From: Eubacteriales bacterium
GTDB lineage: Bacteria; Bacillota; Clostridia; Oscillospirales; CAG-272
Direction: 5' to 3'
Assembly: GCA_045654725.1 (NCBI GenBank)
Contig: JAZONX010000030.1
Location: 77,633 to 141,632, forward strand
DNA: 64,000 nt
Shown piece by piece: positions 1-10,177 of the stretch; the first letter of the stretch is position 1, and each line of letters starts with the position of its first letter. Made by a program: the position numbers and the translations under genes. The notes under the pieces were generated by a model. The model worked only from the letters and a program-made list of their open reading frames with translations. It was not told the DNA's origin and searched no databases.

Positions 1-402
1 TATGAAAAAAAGACAGAAATTGGAAATAAACCTTACTCATGTGACTTAAAAATTTTTAATTTTTCGCTAAATATTTTCAAAAGATATAGAAATTTGACAA
101 AGGAATGTGATATAATAGATCATGAGAAAGCATATTCGTTGCTAGGAAGATACAGATTGCCATTTTCGCTAAATTTGAAATATATCCCAGAGTATACAGT
201 TGAAATGGCAGAATACAGTGATGAGGAAATTGTTTTCGTTGCGCAAGAAAGACTTAATTCTCTGACTGTTTCGAGACTTGTGAACTCCGATCTTGTAAGT
301 ATTCGCACTTACGGAAACTTCATCGAAGAAGGATATTCTATGAGATCGGATATTATTTATCACAAAGATATCGGTCAGAAATCATATTTTGATGTTCGAT
401 AA
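1..402 (+). CDS. C-terminal part of a CDS that runs off the left edge; possibly sporulation protein YqfD
   Basis: Frame 1 is open from nt 1 to the TAA at 400-402 (the ORF track starts it at an internal TTG, nt 94). It lies directly upstream of phoH-ybeY-era, the position yqfD has in Bacillus. No diagnostic motif recognised, so the product call is by synteny only. Confidence 0.4.
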   Translation, partial: YEKKTEIGNKPYSCDLKIFNFSLNIFKRYRNLTKECDIIDHEKAYSLLGRYRLPFSLNLKYIPEYTVEMAEYSDEEIVFVAQERLNSLTVSRLVNSDLVSIRTYGNFIEEGYSMRSDIIYHKDIGQKSYFDVR

Positions 403-420
403 AAGCGAAAGGATATACCC

Positions 421-1425
421 GTGACAGAAAAGATAGTAATGACAAATTCCAATGAGGCAACATCTGCAATCTTTGGATCATTTGACGTGAACGTCAGAAA
501 GATCGAACGTGAGTTTGATGTTAGAATCTTTAATCGGAATTCCAAAAGCGAAGATGGAGATGCCATTGTTGTTAGTGGCGAGCCCGAAAATGTAAATAAA
601 GCCGCGCGAACGCTTGAATATTTGAAGCACATGTCAGGTGCCGGTGAGACTATTAGCGAGCAAAGTGTTGAGTACGTTATAACTCTTGTAAAGGATAACT
701 GCGATGAAAGCCCTGAGAGGCTTGGGAGTGACGTTATTTGTGTTACCAATCGCGGAAAAACTATTAAGGCGAAGACGATTGGACAGAAAAAATACGTTGA
801 TATTATTAAAAATAATACTATCGTTTTAGGACTTGGTCCTGCGGGCACGGGAAAAACCTTCCTTGCGGTTGCTATGGCGGTTGAGGCCCTGCGTAACAAG
901 AGTGTCAACAGAATTATTCTGACCCGCCCGGCAGTCGAAGCGGGGGAGCATCTCGGATTTCTTCCGGGAGATTTGCAGAGTAAGATTGATCCTTATTTAA
1001 GACCTCTCTACGATGCGCTATTCGAGATGCTTGGCGCAGAGAATTATCAGAGACACATGGAAAGAGGAACAATAGAAATTGCTCCGCTTGCATATATGAG
1101 AGGAAGAACGCTTGACGATTCCTTTATTATACTTGACGAAGCACAAAATACAACACCGGAGCAGATGAAGATGTTCTTAACGCGTATCGGTTACAATACA
1201 AAGGCTGTTGTAACGGGTGATCTTTCCCAGACCGATTTGCCGATGGGGAAGAAAAGCGGACTCGGTATTGCTTCGAGAATTCTCGGAAACATAGAGGGCA
1301 TTGGTATTTTTGAATTTTCCGAAAGAGATGTTGTAAGACATCATCTTGTTAAGAAAATAATTAGCGCATACGAAACGTACGAAAGAAATCAAAACAGAAA
1401 TAACGACGATAAACGAAAGCAGTAA
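421..1425 (+). CDS. phoH: PhoH-family ATPase
   Basis: Walker A GPAGTGKTFLAVA and Walker B IILDEAQN, typical PhoH/YbeZ length, GTG start 8 nt after AAAGGA. Confidence 0.9.
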   Translation: MTEKIVMTNSNEATSAIFGSFDVNVRKIEREFDVRIFNRNSKSEDGDAIVVSGEPENVNKAARTLEYLKHMSGAGETISEQSVEYVITLVKDNCDESPERLGSDVICVTNRGKTIKAKTIGQKKYVDIIKNNTIVLGLGPAGTGKTFLAVAMAVEALRNKSVNRIILTRPAVEAGEHLGFLPGDLQSKIDPYLRPLYDALFEMLGAENYQRHMERGTIEIAPLAYMRGRTLDDSFIILDEAQNTTPEQMKMFLTRIGYNTKAVVTGDLSQTDLPMGKKSGLGIASRILGNIEGIGIFEFSERDVVRHHLVKKIISAYETYERNQNRNNDDKRKQ

Positions 1426-1436
1426 GGAGATAGAAA

Positions 1437-1931
1437 ATGATTAACAGTGAACTTTATATAAGCTTTTCCGCAACACAGAAATTCGAGGAATGTAATTATG
1501 ATCTTAAACATGCTGTAAGAAGGGCAATTGAGGAAACTCTTGATTATGAGGATTTTCCTTTTGATACCGAGGTTTCCGTAACCTTTTGCGACAATGAATA
1601 TATCCAGAAGATTAACAAGGAATTTAGAAACAAGGACAGCGCAACAGATGTACTCTCATTCCCAATGTTTGATTTTGATGATGAGGATGATGTTCCTTTC
1701 AATAAAGACGGCAGTCTTACGCTTGGTGATATAGTAATTTCCATTGAACGAGCAAGAGAGCAGGCAAAGGAGATTGGTCATTCTACTCTTGATGAAATCG
1801 TCTTTCTTACCGTTCACTCGACCCTTCATTTGCTCGGATATGATCATGAAAAGAGCAAGGACGATGAAGAGGCACAGTGCCTTGCACAAAGAGAAATTAT
1901 GGAAATGATCAATAAATATGAGGACGAATAA
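1437..1931 (+). CDS. ybeY: rRNA maturation endoribonuclease YbeY
   Basis: Zinc-binding motif HSTLHLLGYDH near the C-terminus, AAGGAG RBS, conserved phoH-ybeY-era order. Confidence 0.9.
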   Translation: MINSELYISFSATQKFEECNYDLKHAVRRAIEETLDYEDFPFDTEVSVTFCDNEYIQKINKEFRNKDSATDVLSFPMFDFDDEDDVPFNKDGSLTLGDIVISIERAREQAKEIGHSTLDEIVFLTVHSTLHLLGYDHEKSKDDEEAQCLAQREIMEMINKYEDE

Positions 1932-2819
1932 ATGAAAAAGACAGCTTTTATTGCAATTTTAGGTAGACCTAATGTTGGTAAATCCACACTATTAAATTCT
2001 ATTTTGGGTGAGAAAGTCGCTATTGTTTCCAAGAAGCCCCAGACTACCCGAAATCGCATAACTGGAATTCATACCGTTGGTGAGAATCAGTTTGTTTTCC
2101 TTGATACTCCCGGTATGCACAAACCAAGAACAAAGCTTGGCGACTTTATGGTAAAAACCACATCACAGACAATAGCGGGTGTAGATACTGCTATTCTGGT
2201 TGTTGAAGCCCGAGAGGCTGTTGGCGACATTGAAGCAAAGATTATTCAGAGATTCAAGTCTGATGGAATTCGTGCGATTCTTTGTGTAAATAAGATTGAT
2301 ACCGTAAGACCGGAAAATATCGCAAAAACCATTGCTGCGTATGCCGAGGCGTTTGATTTTGATGCGGTTATTCCAATTGCTGCAAAGAGTGGCAAGGGGA
2401 TTGATATAGTTCTTTCCGAATGCGAGAAGTTCCTACATGAGAGCGAATGGTTCTTCCCGGATGACATCGTTACTGATCAACCTGAAAGGCAGGTTGCGGC
2501 AGAGATTATCCGCGAAAAACTTCTTCGTATGCTTGAAGAGGAAATTCCTCACGGCACTGCAGTTACAATTGAAGAATGGCGAGAAGAGGGAAATCTGGTT
2601 TCTATTCGTGCTGAAATTTATTGCGAAAAGGCCTCCCACAAGGGAATTATTATAGGTAAAGGCGGCTCTCTTATTAAAAAGATTGGCTCATACGCTCGCC
2701 AGGATATTGAAAAGATGCTTGATTCCAAGGTGTTCCTTGATCTTTATGTGAGAGTTAAGGAAAATTGGCGTGACTCAAACTTCAACATTTCTGATTTTGG
2801 TTTTAAGGAAGAGGAATAA
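1932..2819 (+). CDS. era: GTPase Era
   Basis: G1 GRPNVGKST, G3 DTPG, G4 NKID, and a C-terminal KH region GKGGSLIKKIG. Confidence 0.95.
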   Translation: MKKTAFIAILGRPNVGKSTLLNSILGEKVAIVSKKPQTTRNRITGIHTVGENQFVFLDTPGMHKPRTKLGDFMVKTTSQTIAGVDTAILVVEAREAVGDIEAKIIQRFKSDGIRAILCVNKIDTVRPENIAKTIAAYAEAFDFDAVIPIAAKSGKGIDIVLSECEKFLHESEWFFPDDIVTDQPERQVAAEIIREKLLRMLEEEIPHGTAVTIEEWREEGNLVSIRAEIYCEKASHKGIIIGKGGSLIKKIGSYARQDIEKMLDSKVFLDLYVRVKENWRDSNFNISDFGFKEEE

Positions 2820-3595
2820 TGACTATTGAGGTACGCGGACTTATAATTCGCACCGTAGATATAAAAGAAACTGATAGACTTGTTACAATTTTCACCGAAG
2901 AATACGGTGCTTTGACCGCTCTTGCGAGAGGAGCAAGATCGCTTAAAAGTAGAAAACTTGCCGCATCAATGCAATTCTGTTACGGAAGATACGTTCTTTA
3001 TAAACAAGGGGACAAGTACTCCATCAAGGAGGCAGAGCTGATAGAGAATTTCTTTGACATCAGACAGTCTATTGAGGGGCTCGCGCTTGCAAATTATATT
3101 TGCGAGGTTTTGTCTTTCGTTACCGTCGAGGAAGCGGATCAGGATTTGCTGCGACTTTCCCTAAACTCACTCTATGCAATTTCGAAAGGGATGCACTCGG
3201 TAGAAAAAATCAAGGCTGCATTTGAGATTCGAGCTATTTCTATTCTCGGCTTTATGCCGAGCGTTCTGTCTTGTCACAACTGCGATGAGAAGAACGGTGA
3301 TTTTTTCTTTGATATTATGGGTGGAATTATTGAATGTCGCAGCTGTCACGAGAAAAGGGAGGTTGGTAGGATAGAACATGCTGACCCGCACGAAACACAT
3401 ATAATTTGTATTTTGTCCGAGGGTGCAAAGACCGCTTTAGGATATTGCATATATTCTCCCATTGAGCGAATTTTCTCTTTTAATATTTCTCCCCCGGATA
3501 TGCATTTGTTCTCTCGAGCTGCCGAGGAATACATACTCAATCAACTTGAGAGAAGCTACAAATCGCTTGATTTCTATAAAAGTGTATCACGATAA
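2819..3595 (+). CDS. recO: DNA repair protein RecO
   Basis: RecO-like N-terminal OB region, Cys pairs CHNC...CRSC, start overlaps the era stop (TAATG), era-recO synteny. Confidence 0.85.
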   Translation: MTIEVRGLIIRTVDIKETDRLVTIFTEEYGALTALARGARSLKSRKLAASMQFCYGRYVLYKQGDKYSIKEAELIENFFDIRQSIEGLALANYICEVLSFVTVEEADQDLLRLSLNSLYAISKGMHSVEKIKAAFEIRAISILGFMPSVLSCHNCDEKNGDFFFDIMGGIIECRSCHEKREVGRIEHADPHETHIICILSEGAKTALGYCIYSPIERIFSFNISPPDMHLFSRAAEEYILNQLERSYKSLDFYKSVSR

Positions 3596-3611
3596 TTTTT
3601 AGGAGTTAGCA

Positions 3612-6011
3612 ATGTTATTCACGACAAAAACGCTTTCGACTCTTGAATATGATAAAATAATCAAGATGCTGGTCGAATGTGCGTCAACAGAGGGCGCAAA
3701 GGCGAAGGCTATGTCGCTTCGTCCAACAGATGATTTTGAATCGATCATTTCCAAACAGCGCAGGACCGATGATGCCAAGAGATTGATAAATACAAAAGGA
3801 TATCCCGCATTCTCTGCGCAGGACAGAGTTGTTTCGGCTGCAGAGAGGGCATATAAGGGTGCAATTCTTTCACCCCAGGAGCTGCTTGAAATCGCTGCAT
3901 TATTTCGTTCAGCAAGAGCTGTGCTCGACTATTCCAGCGTTGATAGAACTTTTGACACCTGCCTTGACGAAATTTTTGCACGTCTTATGCCAAATCGGGA
4001 TCTTGAAAATAGAATTACACGTGCAATAATTTCGGAGGATATGATTGCCGACGAGGCTAGTACGACGCTGGCAGATATCAGACGCAGAATTCGTCTTGCG
4101 AATAATAAAATTAAAGATACTCTGCAAAGTTACGTTGGCGGTGTTCGCCTGAAATATCTTCAGGAAAATCTCGTTACAATGAGAAACGGAAGATATGTTG
4201 TACCCGTAAAGGCAGAGTATAGAAATGAGATTAAAGGTCTTGTTCATGACACGTCATCCTCGGGCGCAACTCTTTTTGTAGAGCCTATAAGTGTTGTAGA
4301 AGCAAACAACGAGTTGAAATCTCTCGCAGCAGATGAAGAAAGAGAAATAGAGCGAATTCTTGCCGAGCTTTCTTCCGAATGTGGAGATGCATCTACGGTT
4401 ATTTCGATCAATTATCATAACATAACCGAGCTTGCCTTTTACTTTGCTTGTGCTACGCTTGCTTTACAAATGAGGGCCGAGATGCCTAAAATTGTTAATG
4501 AGAGAAGAATCGATCTGAAAAAGGCTAGGCATCCTTTGATTGATAGACACAAGGTTGTTCCTATTGACGTTTCAATTGGTGGTGGTATAAATACCCTCAT
4601 TATTACGGGCCCTAACACAGGTGGTAAAACTGTTACCTTGAAGACTCTTGGTTTGTTTACACTTATGGCACAGTCGGGATTGCAAATTCCTGCTCTGGAG
4701 AGTTCAACTGTTGGTATATTCAGTGAGGTTCTTGTTGACATAGGTGACGAGCAGAGCATTGAGGCATCATTATCGACGTTTTCCTCTCACATGGTCAATG
4801 TTGCTGATATTTTAAATAAGGTAACTGATCGATCCCTAGTGCTGTTTGACGAGCTAGGCTCGGGCACAGACCCTATCGAAGGTGCTGCCCTTGCTACATC
4901 AATACTCGAATACACAGGGAAGTGCGGTGCAATTAGTGCATCCACTACGCACTATGCAGAGCTTAAAATATATGCTCTCGAAACTCCTGGTGTACAAAAT
5001 GCATCCTGTGAATTTGATATTGAAACCCTTCGTCCTACCTACCGACTTATTGTTGGTACGCCTGGTAAGTCAAACGCTTTTGCAATATCCGAAAAGCTTG
5101 GTATTTCCGAGGATATTATTGCTCGCGCAAGCGAACTCATAAAACGTGATAACAAGAGATTTGAGGATGTCATTGAAAGACTTGATACCAATCGTATAGA
5201 GATGGAAAAGGCGCGTGAAGAAACAGAAAAAATGCGCCGAGAGTACGAAGAATTTAAGAAAAATGCTGAGGCGGATCTTAAGCAAAAGATGGCTCGCAGT
5301 GAGGAGGAAATCGCAAAACAGACACTTAAAGCAAGGCAGATTCTTGATAGCGCTCGTGCATCGAGCGAATATATTTTCCGACAACTCGAGGAACTTCGCA
5401 AGGCGGAGGACAAGGATAAGCGAAACGAATTGATGAAGAGTGCCAGAGAGGAAATGCGCAAGAGAATGAATGAAAGCCGTTCTTTGATAGATGGAGTTCA
5501 GATTAAGGACATATCTCTTGAGGAAGATTATAAGCTGCCGAGACCTTTAAAGGTTGGTGATAAGGTTTTCCTTACTACAATAAACAAGGAGGGCGTTGTT
5601 ACTGCACTTGCAGATAAGAACGGACAGATTTCTGTAACCTCCGGTATTCTCAAAACTAAAGTTACCGTAGATAAACTTCGACTTCTCGACGGAACGGTAC
5701 AATATGTTACAGATAATAAGCCGAAAGTAGGCGAGGGAAAGGTGAAAAAATCGATCACCTCTACCTTCAAGCCTGAAATTGATGTTCGCGGAATGATCGG
5801 CGATGATGCTTGGTTTGTTGTAGACAAATATATTGACGATGCCGTTCTTGCCGGTATGCCGACAGTTCGTATTATACACGGAAAGGGAACAGGTGCTCTT
5901 CGCGCGGCTTTGTGGAAATGTTTCAAAAGCGATAAGCGTGTTAAAGGGTACAAGCACGCCGAATATGGTGAAGGCGATTCGGGTGTTACCGTTCTAACGT
6001 TAATGAAATAA
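3612..6011 (+). CDS. mutS2: Endonuclease MutS2
   Basis: MutS ATPase motifs GPNTGGKT and DELGSGTDP, long coiled-coil linker, C-terminal Smr domain (IIHGKGTGALR). Confidence 0.9.
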   Translation: MLFTTKTLSTLEYDKIIKMLVECASTEGAKAKAMSLRPTDDFESIISKQRRTDDAKRLINTKGYPAFSAQDRVVSAAERAYKGAILSPQELLEIAALFRSARAVLDYSSVDRTFDTCLDEIFARLMPNRDLENRITRAIISEDMIADEASTTLADIRRRIRLANNKIKDTLQSYVGGVRLKYLQENLVTMRNGRYVVPVKAEYRNEIKGLVHDTSSSGATLFVEPISVVEANNELKSLAADEEREIERILAELSSECGDASTVISINYHNITELAFYFACATLALQMRAEMPKIVNERRIDLKKARHPLIDRHKVVPIDVSIGGGINTLIITGPNTGGKTVTLKTLGLFTLMAQSGLQIPALESSTVGIFSEVLVDIGDEQSIEASLSTFSSHMVNVADILNKVTDRSLVLFDELGSGTDPIEGAALATSILEYTGKCGAISASTTHYAELKIYALETPGVQNASCEFDIETLRPTYRLIVGTPGKSNAFAISEKLGISEDIIARASELIKRDNKRFEDVIERLDTNRIEMEKAREETEKMRREYEEFKKNAEADLKQKMARSEEEIAKQTLKARQILDSARASSEYIFRQLEELRKAEDKDKRNELMKSAREEMRKRMNESRSLIDGVQIKDISLEEDYKLPRPLKVGDKVFLTTINKEGVVTALADKNGQISVTSGILKTKVTVDKLRLLDGTVQYVTDNKPKVGEGKVKKSITSTFKPEIDVRGMIGDDAWFVVDKYIDDAVLAGMPTVRIIHGKGTGALRAALWKCFKSDKRVKGYKHAEYGEGDSGVTVLTLMK

Positions 6012-6020
6012 AAATGAAAA

Positions 6021-6048
6021 GAACCAGTCGTAATGACTGGTTCTTTTT
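6021..6048 (+). terminator. Bidirectional intrinsic terminator (mutS2 / tRNA-Leu)
   Basis: 9-bp stem GAACCAGTC/GACTGGTTC (6021-6029 / 6035-6043) followed by T5 and preceded by an A-run, so it works on both strands. Confidence 0.75.
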
Positions 6049-6134
6049 GGTGCCGGTAGTCGGGGTCGAACCGACACGGTATTGCTACCTTCGGATTTTG
6101 AGTCCGACGCGTCTGCCAATTCCACCATACCGGC
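6048..6134 (-). tRNA. tRNA-Leu (anticodon CAA)
   Basis: The reverse complement folds as a cloverleaf. Acceptor GCCGGTA/TACCGGC, anticodon loop CTCAAAA, long variable arm, T-loop GGTTCGA, encoded CCA. Confidence 0.9.
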
Positions 6135-6163
6135 AAATGGTGCGATCGATGTTCGCAGGTAGT

Positions 6164-6192
6164 ATTATAGCATAAACTTTTCGAAAAATCAA
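6164..6192 (-). promoter_or_regulatory. Sigma-A type promoter for tRNA-Leu
   Basis: On the minus strand TTGATT, 17 nt, TATAAT, about 25 nt upstream of the tRNA 5' end. Confidence 0.6.
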
Positions 6193-6251
6193 TATGTTTA
6201 GAGAAAAAATAAATTTATTAAGGATTAAATTTAAAATATTTATATTATATC

Positions 6252-6280
6252 TTGAATTTTATAAAATAATATAGTATAAT
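6252..6280 (+). promoter_or_regulatory. Sigma-A type promoter for the TSCPD-domain gene
   Basis: TTGAAT (6252-6257), 17 nt, TATAAT (6275-6280). Confidence 0.6.
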
Positions 6281-6336
6281 TATTTTGCATTGTTATGAAA
6301 TTTTGATGCAAAATCATAAAATTGAAGAGGAAAGTT

Positions 6337-6591
6337 ATGAAAAACCATATTGAATACAAGACCAAAGGCGTTTGCTCGAGAATGATCGTTATAGATACTG
6401 AGGACGGTGTAATTACATCATGCTCCTTCGTTGGTGGATGCGCCGGAAATACCCAGGGTGTTGCATCCCTTGTTGTTGGTATGAAGGTAGAGGACGCAAT
6501 CGCGAAGATTAAGGGCATTAAGTGTGGATTTAAGCCCACATCATGTCCCGATCAGCTTGCACTTGCACTTGAGGCAATGGCGGAAGGTTAA
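6337..6591 (+). CDS. Small stand-alone TSCPD-domain protein
   Basis: Contains the literal TSCPDQ motif plus the GGCAGN segment typical of the small TSCPD family. ATG at 6337 follows GAAGAGGAAAG; the ORF track starts 15 nt earlier. Confidence 0.7.
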   Translation: MKNHIEYKTKGVCSRMIVIDTEDGVITSCSFVGGCAGNTQGVASLVVGMKVEDAIAKIKGIKCGFKPTSCPDQLALALEAMAEG

Positions 6592-6619
6592 TTTTCAAAA
6601 GTAAGAAAGGATTACTTAC

Positions 6620-8344
6620 ATGTATAACATCGAATATAAAAGATGGCTTGACTCCACAGTGCTTTCTGCGGAAGAACATGCTGAACTACTTTCTATAAAT
6701 AACGACGAGGAAGCAAAGGCTCTCCGTTTTAGCGCACCTATGGATTTTGGTACCGCAGGTCTTAGATCCACTATGTATATGGGTATTGGCTCTATGAACC
6801 GCTACACCGTAGCGCAGACAACTCGTGGAATTGCGGCTCTTATTAAGCTCGCGGGGGGCGAAGAGAGAGGTGTAGCAATTGCCTTCGACTCGAGAAACAA
6901 TTCCGAGCTTTTTGCAAAGGTAAGTGCTTCTGTACTTGCCGGAGCAGGCATTAAAGCTTATATCTTTAATGGAATTCGCCCGACACCCGAGCTGTCTTTT
7001 GCTCTTCGTGAACTTGGCTGTATCGCAGGTATTAACATCACCGCATCTCACAACCCCAAGGAATACAACGGATATAAGGCATACTGGGAGGACGGCGCCC
7101 AAATCGCACCCGAGCAGGCAAAGGTTGTTTCTGCCGAAAGATCCAAGTTTGACGTTCTCGATATATCCGGCATTATGGACTTTGAAGAGGGCGTAAATAG
7201 TGGTTTAATCACCATTCTTGATGAAAAGTTTGATGAAAAATATATTGAAGCTGTTATCGCAACTGCCGTAAATACTAATGCAATTTCTGATGTTGCCGAG
7301 GAATTGAAGGTTGTATATACTCCTCTCCACGGCGCAGGTTATAGACTCGTTCCTGAGGTGTTCAGAAGAATAGGATTGAAGCATCTCTATACAGTTAACG
7401 AGCAGATGACTCCGGACGGAGATTTTCCTACCGTTCAAAAGCCCAATCCCGAGTATCCTGCCGTATTTAAGCTTGGTATTGATATAGCAAACAACGTTGG
7501 TTCCGACCTTATTATTGCAACAGATCCTGACTCCGATAGAGTCGGTGTTATGGCAAGAAATTCTGCCGGCGAATTCGCAACAATTTCCGGTAATCAGATG
7601 GGCGCGCTTCTTCTTGATTATGTTATCAAGGCTCGTCGTGAGCTTGGTATACTTCCCGAAGGTGCATATTGTGTGAAGAGTCTTGTTTCTACCGATATGG
7701 CATATAAGATCGCGAAGGATAATGGGGTTAAACTTCACGATGTTCTTACCGGATTTAAGTTTATCGGTGTGCTTATCAAGAACTATGAAGCAGAAGGTAA
7801 ATTCGGTGGTTTTCTTCTCGGATTTGAGGAGAGCTACGGCTATCTTCTGGGTTCCTATGCAAGAGACAAGGATGCGGTTGAGGGCTCAATGATGATCCTC
7901 GAAATGACTGCATACTATAAGAAACTCGGCATGACTCTTATCGATGCTCTTGAGAGTCTTTATAAGACTTACGGATTATACGCTGAAAAGACTGTGGATA
8001 TTTATATGGAGGGTCTTGATGGTATCGAGAATAGAAAGAAGGTAATGCAGAATCTTCGCGACAACACACCTACTTATATTGGTGGCGTTGCGGTGAAGAG
8101 CGCAGGCGACTATAAGTCCGGAGAAATCCATGATCTTCTTACAGACTCAATTTCCACTACGGGGCAGCCTTCCTCGGATGTTCTTTATTACACCCTTGTA
8201 AACGAGGATAAGATTATTGTTCGCCCCTCGGGCACAGAACCTAAAATTAAAATCTACCTTCTTGCTCACGATGACAACAAGGAAAGTCTTGATAAGAAGA
8301 TTACTCTTTACGAAAAAGATTCAAGAAAGATGACAGAGGTATAA
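6620..8344 (+). CDS. Phosphoglucomutase/phosphomannomutase-family phospho-sugar mutase
   Basis: Active-site serine loop TASHNPKEYNGYK and a 574-aa alpha-D-phosphohexomutase architecture. Confidence 0.85.
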   Translation: MYNIEYKRWLDSTVLSAEEHAELLSINNDEEAKALRFSAPMDFGTAGLRSTMYMGIGSMNRYTVAQTTRGIAALIKLAGGEERGVAIAFDSRNNSELFAKVSASVLAGAGIKAYIFNGIRPTPELSFALRELGCIAGINITASHNPKEYNGYKAYWEDGAQIAPEQAKVVSAERSKFDVLDISGIMDFEEGVNSGLITILDEKFDEKYIEAVIATAVNTNAISDVAEELKVVYTPLHGAGYRLVPEVFRRIGLKHLYTVNEQMTPDGDFPTVQKPNPEYPAVFKLGIDIANNVGSDLIIATDPDSDRVGVMARNSAGEFATISGNQMGALLLDYVIKARRELGILPEGAYCVKSLVSTDMAYKIAKDNGVKLHDVLTGFKFIGVLIKNYEAEGKFGGFLLGFEESYGYLLGSYARDKDAVEGSMMILEMTAYYKKLGMTLIDALESLYKTYGLYAEKTVDIYMEGLDGIENRKKVMQNLRDNTPTYIGGVAVKSAGDYKSGEIHDLLTDSISTTGQPSSDVLYYTLVNEDKIIVRPSGTEPKIKIYLLAHDDNKESLDKKITLYEKDSRKMTEV

Positions 8345-8362
8345 ATCCTCAGGAAAACAAAA

Positions 8363-10177
8363 GTGACAGATAGACAGAAACATATTAGAAATTTTTCCAT
8401 TATTGCTCATATTGACCACGGAAAGTCTACCTTGGCAGACAGAATTCTTGAGAAAACAAGAACTGTTGAAAGCCGCGACATGGAAGAACAGCTTCTCGAT
8501 AATATGGATCTTGAGCGTGAGCGCGGAATTACCATTAAGGCAAGAGCGGTTAGACTTTCTTATCGAGCAAAAAACGGAGAAGAATATATTTATAACCTTA
8601 TCGACACTCCCGGTCATGTTGACTTTGGATATGAGGTTTCTCGATCCTTAAAGGCGTGCGAGGGGGCGTTGTTGGTTGTTGATGCTACTCAGGGAGTAGA
8701 AGCACAGACACTTGCTAATGCATATCTTGCGATTGATAATGACCTTGAGATTCTTCCTGTTATTAACAAAATCGACCTAGCATCCGCGGATATTATTGGT
8801 GCCAGACGTGAAATTGAGGATATTATCGGTATTCCTGCCGAGGATTGTCCTGCAGTTTCTGCTAAAAACGGAATCAATATTGAGGACGTTCTTGAAAAAA
8901 TAGTTACCGATATTCCCGCACCGAAGGGTGACAAGGATAAGCCACTTAAGGCACTTATTTTCGACTCGCATTACGATTCCTATCTTGGCGTTGTAGTCTA
9001 TATTCGAGTATTCGATGGAACAATTAAATCGGGTGACAGAATTCGACTTATGGCGCAGGGAAGTGAATTTGACGTTGTCGAAGTGGGCACTATGGAGCCC
9101 TTCGGTTTGAAGAAAGCAGACTCTCTTTCCGCGGGTGAAGTGGGATATATCACTGCATCTATCAAAACAGTTGGCGATACTAAGGTAGGTGATACCGTTA
9201 CTTTAGCAGGAAATTGTGCGGCAGAACCTCTTGATGGCTTCCGTGATGTACATCCGATGGTATATTCGGGTATCTATCCGGCGGATGGTGCCAGATATGG
9301 TGATCTCCGCGAAGCGCTTGAGAAACTCCAACTTAACGATGCATCACTTGTATTTGAGCCCGAGACATCAGTAGCATTGGGCTTCGGCTTTAGATGCGGT
9401 TTCCTTGGACTTCTTCACATGGAGATCATAGAAGAGAGACTAGAGCGAGAGTTTAATCTTGATTTGATTACAACCGCTCCTTCGGTTATCTATAAGGTTG
9501 ATCTTCGTGGCGGCGAAACGATAATGATCGATAATCCTTCAAAGTTTCCAACTGCTGATGAAATTCAAACGGCGTATGAGCCTATAATGAATGCGACTAT
9601 CATTACTCCCACCGACTATATTGGCGGAATAATGGACCTTTGTCAGGAGCGTCGCGGCGTCTTTATTGATATGAAATATATAGATACCGAACGCGCTGAA
9701 ATTCATTATGAGCTGCCTCTTAACGAGATTATTTACGATTTCTTTGACGCTCTCAAATCAAGAACAAAGGGCTATGCTTCTCTTGATTATGAGCTCAAGG
9801 GTTACAAACAGTCAAAGCTGGTCAAACTCGACTTTATGCTTAACGGCGAAGTTGTTGATGCGCTTTCCTTTATAGTATTCGAGGATAGAGCTTATACAAG
9901 AGCGCGTAAAATCGCCGAAAAGCTTAAGGAAAACATTCCTCGTCAGCTCTTTGAAATTCCGATTCAAGCATGCATTGGATCCAAAATTATTGCCAGAGAA
10001 ACCGTAAAAGCTATGCGTAAGGACGTCCTTGCGAAGTGCTACGGCGGTGATATTACCAGAAAGAAAAAACTGCTTGAAAAGCAGAAGGAAGGTAAGAAGA
10101 AAATGCGTAAGCTCGGTAGTGTCGAGGTTACTCCCGAGGCATTTATGGCAGTTCTTAGACTTGAAGATGATAACTAA
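8363..10177 (+). CDS. lepA: Elongation factor 4 (LepA)
   Basis: [14 protein letters not shown] and NKID G-motifs, LepA-specific C-terminal domain, GTG start. Confidence 0.95.
   Translation: MTDRQKHIRNFSIIAHIDHGKSTLADRILEKTRTVESRDMEEQLLDNMDLERERGITIKARAVRLSYRAKNGEEYIYNLIDTPGHVDFGYEVSRSLKACEGALLVVDATQGVEAQTLANAYLAIDNDLEILPVINKIDLASADIIGARREIEDIIGIPAEDCPAVSAKNGINIEDVLEKIVTDIPAPKGDKDKPLKALIFDSHYDSYLGVVVYIRVFDGTIKSGDRIRLMAQGSEFDVVEVGTMEPFGLKKADSLSAGEVGYITASIKTVGDTKVGDTVTLAGNCAAEPLDGFRDVHPMVYSGIYPADGARYGDLREALEKLQLNDASLVFEPETSVALGFGFRCGFLGLLHMEIIEERLEREFNLDLITTAPSVIYKVDLRGGETIMIDNPSKFPTADEIQTAYEPIMNATIITPTDYIGGIMDLCQERRGVFIDMKYIDTERAEIHYELPLNEIIYDFFDALKSRTKGYASLDYELKGYKQSKLVKLDFMLNGEVVDALSFIVFEDRAYTRARKIAEKLKENIPRQLFEIPIQACIGSKIIARETVKAMRKDVLAKCYGGDITRKKKLLEKQKEGKKKMRKLGSVEVTPEAFMAVLRLEDDN

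Noticed and set aside
375-908. 177-aa ORF on the minus strand
   Set aside because: Antisense to phoH, with no supporting signals.
10029-10166. N-terminal extension of the hemW ORF
   Set aside because: It lies inside the lepA coding region in another frame. The conserved radical-SAM N-terminus begins at the ATG at 10167, which overlaps the lepA stop.
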